64,000 nucleotides of DNA from Mycobacterium sp. (GTDB lineage: Bacteria > Actinomycetota > Actinomycetes > Mycobacteriales > Mycobacteriaceae): the NCBI GenBank assembly GCA_036273805.1, contig DASUGW010000070.1:643-64642 (forward strand), written 5' to 3'. The translations under genes were made by a program, and so were the position numbers. The notes under the pieces are model-generated. The model was not told the origin of the DNA. It was given only the letters and a program-made list of their open reading frames with translations, and did no database searches. Numbering within the stretch: position 1 is the first letter of the stretch; every line of letters begins with the position of its first letter. Positions 58,223 through 64,000 of this stretch are shown piece by piece.

Positions 58223-59272
58223 TCAAGGCCCCCCGAATGCCAGGGCGGGGTCCACGTTAACCGCGCGGCGCAGTCCCGCGACACTGGCCAGCATTCCGAT
58301 GACGACGGCGAGTGCCGGCAGCGCCAGGAAGGCCGTGGCCGGAACGTCGACGCGCATCGGGAATAGCGGCGCGAGTGCCACCGAGAGCAGCTCACCCAGC
58401 ACCGCGGCCGCCACTGCGACGATCACCGCCTGCAGGGCAAGACCGCCCATAATCGAGCGCGTGGAAACCCCGACGGCTTTGAACACCGCGAAATCCCGCA
58501 GGCGTTCGAGTGCGGTCATGTAGATGATCGAGCCGACGATCAACGCCGCGACCACCCACAGCAGCACCGCCATGACGCTGATCGCATCCACCGCGACCTT
58601 CAACGGGCGCATCATGTCGTCGATGGCGCCCTGGCGGTCCACCGCGCGGTAGCGGTCGGGCAGGTGCTCGGGGCGCCCACGGACACCGATCGATGAGATC
58701 ACCGGTTGGCCGCCGTACACCATCCGCTGGGCCCCGGCCGGGGTGAGGAACAAATTGGGCTGGCGGGCCAGCACCGTCGAATTGTTGACGATCCCGACGA
58801 CTTTCAGCGTGTACGAACCGATCTCGAGCTGGTCCCCGATACGGCTGCCCAAGGTCGAGGAGACCGCCACCTCGTCGATGCCGGCCGGTGGACGACCGTC
58901 GGACATGGCCGGCATCCCCGGACCGTCGGTGGGTGCGCCGAACAGGTTCATGGTGCGCGGTGTGCCGCGGTCGAGGGCCGTCGTGCCGGCGTATACCAGC
59001 GGAGCTGCGGCCTGCACGCCCGGAAGACGTTGGGCAGCGGGCACTTCGGTCTGGGCGAACGGCGACGACCCCAGGAAGGGCCCGGCCGCGCCCGCCGGGA
59101 TCAGGAAGTAGTCGACGCCGAAGGAGTACACGGTATTGCGGGCTTCGACGCGGAACCCGTTGGCCAGACCGGTCAGCACGAGGGTCATGGCGAACACGAA
59201 TGCGGTGCCGACGACCGCGATGATGAAACGCCGCCGCCGCCATTGCAGGTCACGCAACGCCGCGGTGAGCAT
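58223..59272 (-). CDS. FtsX/MacB-type ABC permease (Rv0072/Rv2563-like)
   Basis: ALRDLQWRRRRF, ERLRDFAVFKAVG, VDPALAFGGP. Confidence 0.9.
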   Translation of the reverse strand: MLTAALRDLQWRRRRFIIAVVGTAFVFAMTLVLTGLANGFRVEARNTVYSFGVDYFLIPAGAAGPFLGSSPFAQTEVPAAQRLPGVQAAAPLVYAGTTALDRGTPRTMNLFGAPTDGPGMPAMSDGRPPAGIDEVAVSSTLGSRIGDQLEIGSYTLKVVGIVNNSTVLARQPNLFLTPAGAQRMVYGGQPVISSIGVRGRPEHLPDRYRAVDRQGAIDDMMRPLKVAVDAISVMAVLLWVVAALIVGSIIYMTALERLRDFAVFKAVGVSTRSIMGGLALQAVIVAVAAAVLGELLSVALAPLFPMRVDVPATAFLALPALAVVIGMLASVAGLRRAVNVDPALAFGGP

Positions 59273-59318
59273 TCGCTGAATCTAACCCGCATCGCCCTGT
59301 GACGGCGGCGGATCATCG

Positions 59319-60050
59319 ATGATCGACTCCCAGTTTTCGGCTTCCCGGAGCCGCTACTCTGGCCAGGTGGGCAGCTCGACCGCAAGCCGGTGGGGAACGC
59401 TGAGGGCCTCCGTCGGGCACATCATCTCCAGTGCGCCCCTGACATTCAGCTGGCTGATGGTGTTGCTGGTCACCTCCCACATCCAGCATTCACTGACCAA
59501 CGAGCACCTGCACAGCGTGCTGGTGCACCGGTCCACGAACCTGCACCACCTGGCGACTGACCCGGTAAAGGTACTGGTCTCCAGCCTGCTGTGGATCGAC
59601 GGCGCCTGGTGGTGGCCATACCTGGTGGCGTTCTGCCTATTCCTGGTTCCCGCCGAGCGGTGGCTCGGCTCACTGCGCTGGCTCGCGGTGGGATTACTGG
59701 CCCACATCGTCGCCACCTACGTCGGCGAGGGCATCCTGTATTGGGCCATCTCGCGGGCCCAAGTTTCGCCCAAGTTGATCAACGCCAGCGATGTCGGCGT
59801 CAGCTATTTCGTCGTCGGCATCATCGGAGTGCTGACCTATCACATCGCGCGGCCGTGGCGGTGGCTCTACATGGCGGGCGTCACGGTGGCGTTCGGCATC
59901 ATGCTGGGGCTCGACCCGGATTTCACCGCGATCGGGCATTTCAGCGCCCTCCTCGTCGGCCTTGCCTGCTACCCGCTGACCGTCGGAAGACACAGCCCGC
60001 CCTGGAATCCGGTGGCTACACTGCGATCTTGTGGCCTTGTCCGACGCTGA
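59319..60050 (+). CDS. Rhomboid-like membrane protein
   Basis: STNLHHL, AERWLG, DVGVSY, FTAIGH; multiple TMs. Confidence 0.75.
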   Translation: MIDSQFSASRSRYSGQVGSSTASRWGTLRASVGHIISSAPLTFSWLMVLLVTSHIQHSLTNEHLHSVLVHRSTNLHHLATDPVKVLVSSLLWIDGAWWWPYLVAFCLFLVPAERWLGSLRWLAVGLLAHIVATYVGEGILYWAISRAQVSPKLINASDVGVSYFVVGIIGVLTYHIARPWRWLYMAGVTVAFGIMLGLDPDFTAIGHFSALLVGLACYPLTVGRHSPPWNPVATLRSCGLVRR

Positions 60051-60528
60051 CCTCACCCGGCTGGCCCGCTGCGTCGAACTGGCCCGGCAGGCCTTGGACA
60101 GCGGGGACGAACCGTTCGGTTCGATCCTCGTCGACGCCGACGGCGAGGTGCTGTTCGAGGATCGCAACCGCGTGCGGGAAGCAGCGGGCCTCTACGGCGA
60201 GGACTCCACCCGTCATCCGGAGTTCGCGATTGCGCACTGGGCGGCGGCCAATTTGGCTCCGGTGCGCCGGGTCCGCTCCACGGTGTACACCTCCGGCGAA
60301 CACTGCCCGATGTGCTCGGCAGCGCACGCCTGGGTAGGGCTGGGCCGCATCGTGTACGCCACCTCGGCAATGCAGCTGCGTCAGTGGCTCGACGAGTGGG
60401 GTGTGCCACCTTCACCGGTGGCGCCGCTGCCCATCACCACGGTGGCACCCAAGCTGGTCGCGGACGGGCCGGTCGCCGAGTTCGAGGCCGAGATGAAGGC
60501 CTTGTACGAAGCTCGGTTCCACCCGTGA
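60031..60528 (+). CDS. Nucleoside/cytidine deaminase family protein
   Basis: DEPFGS, HPE, EHCPMC zinc motif. Confidence 0.9.
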   Translation: MALSDADLTRLARCVELARQALDSGDEPFGSILVDADGEVLFEDRNRVREAAGLYGEDSTRHPEFAIAHWAAANLAPVRRVRSTVYTSGEHCPMCSAAHAWVGLGRIVYATSAMQLRQWLDEWGVPPSPVAPLPITTVAPKLVADGPVAEFEAEMKALYEARFHP

Positions 60529-61823
60529 CCGAACCCGAGTGGGTGCGCCACGCCATCTGGTGGCATGTCTACCCGTTGGGGTTCGTCGGCGCATTCCCGA
60601 CGGTCGGCGCCCCGGCAACCGGTCAGCACCGACTGCGCCGGGTGACCGAATGGCTGGACCACGCCGTCACCCTGGGCGCCTCGGGTATCGCCTTGGGTCC
60701 GGTGTTCGCCTCCCGGACACATGGTTACGACACCACCGACCACCGCAGCATCGACCCGCGACTGGGTGACAACGCCGATTTCGACGATCTGGTGGCCCAG
60801 GCCCGCGGGCGCGGTCTGCGGATTCTGCTCGACGGCGTTTTCAACCACGTCGGAACCGATTTCGCGAAGTACCGGGAGGCGATCAGCGGCGATGCCGGCG
60901 CCCAGCGCTGGTTTCGCGGCCGGCCGGGCCGATTCCACACCTTCGAAGGCCACGGTGACTTGATCACCCTCAACCACGACAACCCCGAGGTGGTCGACTA
61001 CGTCGCCGGCGTCATGAACCACTGGCTGGACCGCGGCGTCGACGGCTGGCGACTGGATGCCGCCTACGCTGTGCCCGAACGGTTCTGGGCGCAGGTACTG
61101 CCACGGGTTCGCGCACCGCATCCGGATGCCTGGATCGTCGCCGAGGTCATCCACGGTGACTACACGCGGATGGTCACCGACGCCGGCTTCGATTCGGTGA
61201 CCCAGTACGAACTGTGGAAGGCCACCTGGAGTGCGCTCAACGACGGGAACTTCTACGAACTCGACCATGCCCTGAAGAGGCATAGCGGTTTCCTCAAAAC
61301 CTTTGTGCCGCAGACATTTATCGGAAATCACGATGTCACCCGCATCGCCAGCCAGCTGACCGACCCGCGCCATGTCGCGCACGCGCTCGTGCTGTTGATG
61401 ACCATTGGCGGGGTGCCGACGGTGTATGCCGGTGACGAGTTCGGGCTACGCGGGGTCAAGGAGGAGCGGTTCGGCGGCGACGACGCGGTCCGGCCCGAAT
61501 TCGGTCCTCCCCCAATGCCCGTCGATGACAACGGTGCGCGGCTTTTCGCCCTCTACCAGTTCCTGATCGGGCTGCGCCGGCGCCATCCATGGCTGCACAC
61601 CGCGCGAACCTCGGCCGTGACACTGGAAAACCGCCAGTACCTGTATGAAACCCGCGCGGGCGCAGAGCGCCTCATGGTGGCGCTCAACGCCGACGATGCG
61701 CCGATGACGGCTTCGTTGCCGGGCCTGGCAACGCTGTTGGCGGGCACCGACGCGCCACCGGAGCAGGTGGTGGACCGGGTGGCGGTACCCGCGCACGGCT
61801 GGCAGATCCTGCGGCCGGTCTAG
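60525..61823 (+). CDS. GH13 alpha-amylase family glycosidase (neopullulanase-like)
   Basis: HGYDT, DGVFNH, GWRLDAA, AEVIH, GNHD, YAGDE. Confidence 0.9.
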   Translation: MTEPEWVRHAIWWHVYPLGFVGAFPTVGAPATGQHRLRRVTEWLDHAVTLGASGIALGPVFASRTHGYDTTDHRSIDPRLGDNADFDDLVAQARGRGLRILLDGVFNHVGTDFAKYREAISGDAGAQRWFRGRPGRFHTFEGHGDLITLNHDNPEVVDYVAGVMNHWLDRGVDGWRLDAAYAVPERFWAQVLPRVRAPHPDAWIVAEVIHGDYTRMVTDAGFDSVTQYELWKATWSALNDGNFYELDHALKRHSGFLKTFVPQTFIGNHDVTRIASQLTDPRHVAHALVLLMTIGGVPTVYAGDEFGLRGVKEERFGGDDAVRPEFGPPPMPVDDNGARLFALYQFLIGLRRRHPWLHTARTSAVTLENRQYLYETRAGAERLMVALNADDAPMTASLPGLATLLAGTDAPPEQVVDRVAVPAHGWQILRPV

Positions 61824-62284
61824 CCGGTGTCGCTCGCCAGCAGTTGGACCGTGGCGGGATCCTCGCGGCCGTCCGGAAAGTCCGCGTAGAACTTGTCGAG
61901 TACCGCGTCGAAGTCGGCGGCATCGTCGCTGGCCGCGCCGGAGGTGGCTGCGTGCGCGAACAGCGTCATGCAGCTGCGCACCTTGAGGTAGTCCGGGAAA
62001 CCGAACACCTCTTGGGCGGTATGGCCCTCGATGGCGTGCACCGCGCGGGCGCACTCACGTAGCCGTGGGCCCAGCACAGGGTGCTGTAGATACGCCCGGG
62101 CTTCGGCGACACCGGAAATCCCGTAACGGCGTGCGGTGGAAGTGTGTCCCAGCGCGGTCAGTTGCGGGAACACAAACCAGATCCAATGGGTGCGTTTGTG
62201 TCCGGCCCGCAGCTCATGGAGCACCGTGTCGTACACGCCGTGCTGCGCGTCGACGAAACGGTGCAGGTCGAACGGATCGTCCAT
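61820..62284 (-). CDS. DUF1810 family protein (Rv1873-like)
   Basis: DLHRFVDAQ, KRTHWIWFVFPQ, YLQHPVLGPRL, SCMTLF. Confidence 0.88.
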   Translation of the reverse strand: MDDPFDLHRFVDAQHGVYDTVLHELRAGHKRTHWIWFVFPQLTALGHTSTARRYGISGVAEARAYLQHPVLGPRLRECARAVHAIEGHTAQEVFGFPDYLKVRSCMTLFAHAATSGAASDDAADFDAVLDKFYADFPDGREDPATVQLLASDTG

Positions 62285-62362
62285 CTCTTTCACCGTGACA
62301 CACGCACGCCGCTTACACCAGGTCAGGGCAATATTGGCGTATTTTTGCGCGGTGGGATACCG

Positions 62363-64000
62363 ATGGGCGTGCACGTGACCAGGGTGCGGCGGTTCCGTCC
62401 GTTTCTCACTGTGGTGAGCATCCAATCGAAGATTCTGGTGATGCTGCTGCTGACCAGCGTGCTGTCGGCGGCCATCGTCGGCGCCATCGGCTACCAGTCC
62501 GGACGCAGCAGTCTGCGTGCCGCGGTGTTCGACCAACTGACCGAGTTGCGCGAGGCGCAGAGCCGGCGGCTCGAATCGCAGTATGCGGATGTGCGGAATT
62601 CAGTGGCGATCGCGGCGAGTGCCGAGACCACTGTCACCGCCATGGATGCATTCCGCACAGGGTTCGCCGATCTCGCCGCCGCGACCATTACCCCGGATCA
62701 GGAGCGCAGGCTCGAGGATTTCTATACCCACGTCTTCGCGCCGGAGGTGCTGAAGGAGTCAGGTCAGCAGCTCGACGTGGGGGCGGTGCTGCCGACGTCG
62801 AACGCCCAGAAGTACCTCCAGGCCCTCTACACCGCCCCGTACACAACCGAGACGAGTGCGATAGACGTCGATGACGCCGGCGACCACAGCGCATGGACCG
62901 CCGCCAACGCGCGTTACTCCAGGTTCTTCCGGCAGATTGTCAAACGGTTCGGCTTCCAGGATGCCTTACTGGTCGACCCGGACGGGAATGTCGTCTACAG
63001 CGCGTTCAAGCAGGAAGAGCTCGGTACGAATCTGCGCACCGGGCCGTACACCACGGATGTGTTCAAGGAGGCATTCGACAAAGCCATCGACAGCCGCGCG
63101 ACCGACTCCGTTCAGGACACCGACTTCGTGGCGTACCTGCCCAACTACGATGCCCCGACGGCATGGCTGATGGCTCCGGTGGGCGCGAGTAACCAGGTCA
63201 GTGGCGTTCTGGTGCTGGAGTTCCCGATCGACAAGATCAACGACGTGATGACCTACTCCAAGGGCTGGCAGGCGGTCGGCATGGGCCAGACCGGCGAGAC
63301 CTACCTGGCCGGGCCCGACAATTTGATGCGCTCGGATTCGCGGGTATTCCTGGAAGATCCGCAACGGTTCAAGCGGGAGGTCATTGCGGCCGGCACCCCC
63401 GCGGATGTCGCGGAGGACTCGATCCGGTTGAACGGCACCACTCTGGTGCAGCCGGTCGGCAACGAAGCCCTGCGCCGGGCCCAGTCCGGGCAGCGCGGAA
63501 CCATCATCACCCAGGACTACCTGGGCCATGAGACGTTGCAGTCCTACGGGCCGGTGGACCTGCCGGGGCTGCACTGGTCGATGGTCGCCAAGATCGACAC
63601 GCAGGAGGCCTTTGCGCCGGTGTCGAATTTCACCCGCAGGCTGGTGTTCTCCACTGCGTTGATCATCTTCCTGGTCTGCATCGCGTCTATGTTCTTGGCG
63701 CGGTTGTTCGTGCGCCCGATCCGTCGTCTCGAAGAGGGAGCGCGACGGATCAGCACCGGGGACTACGACACCACGTTGCCGGTCCTCTCCCGTGACGAAT
63801 TCGGCGACCTGACAACGGCTTTCAACGATATGAGCCGAAATCTACGGGTCAAGGAAGACCTCCTGCAGGAGCAGCGTGCAGAAAACCGGCGGCTGTTGCT
63901 GTCGCTCATGCCGGAGGCTGTCGCCGACCGTTATCGCGACGGTGAAGAGACCATCGCCCAGGATCACCGCGACGTCTCGGTCATTTTTGCCGACGTCGTC
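62363..64000 (+). CDS. Membrane adenylate/guanylate cyclase with Cache-like sensor and HAMP (truncated by window end)
   Basis: Not in the ORF track because it has no stop. By hand: SIQSKILVMLLL TM, GMGQTGETYLAG, second TM, RDEFGDLT HAMP, LLSLMP, ending IAQDHRDVSVIFADVV (start of class III cyclase domain). Confidence 0.85.
   Translation, partial: MGVHVTRVRRFRPFLTVVSIQSKILVMLLLTSVLSAAIVGAIGYQSGRSSLRAAVFDQLTELREAQSRRLESQYADVRNSVAIAASAETTVTAMDAFRTGFADLAAATITPDQERRLEDFYTHVFAPEVLKESGQQLDVGAVLPTSNAQKYLQALYTAPYTTETSAIDVDDAGDHSAWTAANARYSRFFRQIVKRFGFQDALLVDPDGNVVYSAFKQEELGTNLRTGPYTTDVFKEAFDKAIDSRATDSVQDTDFVAYLPNYDAPTAWLMAPVGASNQVSGVLVLEFPIDKINDVMTYSKGWQAVGMGQTGETYLAGPDNLMRSDSRVFLEDPQRFKREVIAAGTPADVAEDSIRLNGTTLVQPVGNEALRRAQSGQRGTIITQDYLGHETLQSYGPVDLPGLHWSMVAKIDTQEAFAPVSNFTRRLVFSTALIIFLVCIASMFLARLFVRPIRRLEEGARRISTGDYDTTLPVLSRDEFGDLTTAFNDMSRNLRVKEDLLQEQRAENRRLLLSLMPEAVADRYRDGEETIAQDHRDVSVIFADVV

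Noticed and set aside
55262-58366. 1034-aa plus-strand ORF (similarly 27533..30079, 48267..50309, 38532..40373)
   Set aside because: Arg/Gly/Pro-rich shadow frames overlapping well-supported genes; expected at high GC; no motifs

Overview
GC-rich chromosomal DNA of a mycobacterium, most likely a rapid-growing Mycolicibacterium (inference from gene content). About 66 densely packed CDSs are loosely syntenic with the M. tuberculosis Rv1873-Rv1932 region (fadD31, tpx, Rv1904-like STAS, cinA, Rv1894c-like, Rv1887-like, rpfC, cyp140, Rv1877-like MFS, bfrA/bfd, Rv1874-like, Rv1873-like). I see no rRNA, tRNA, CRISPR array, IS element or prophage. Most interesting: (1) a translationally coupled WXG100 / WXG-like-lipase / LppA-like lipoprotein triad resembling a type VII-secreted lipase toxin-immunity module; (2) a GNAT acetyltransferase whose N-terminus resembles the DNA gyrase A C-gate; (3) a MenC-like protein lacking most catalytic residues; (4) a 57-bp in-frame hairpin insertion in cinA between 13-bp direct repeats; (5) two exported-protein genes that appear to start at ATC behind good Shine-Dalgarno sites; (6) a stand-alone secreted RpfA-tail-like protein sharing a SigD-like promoter with rpfC and ripD; (7) SigL-like promoters before mpt53-ccdA and a type III PKS. 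KstR, IdeR, CRP-like and SigF-like sites are also visible. All family and orthologue assignments come from motif recognition and recalled sequences, not database searches.
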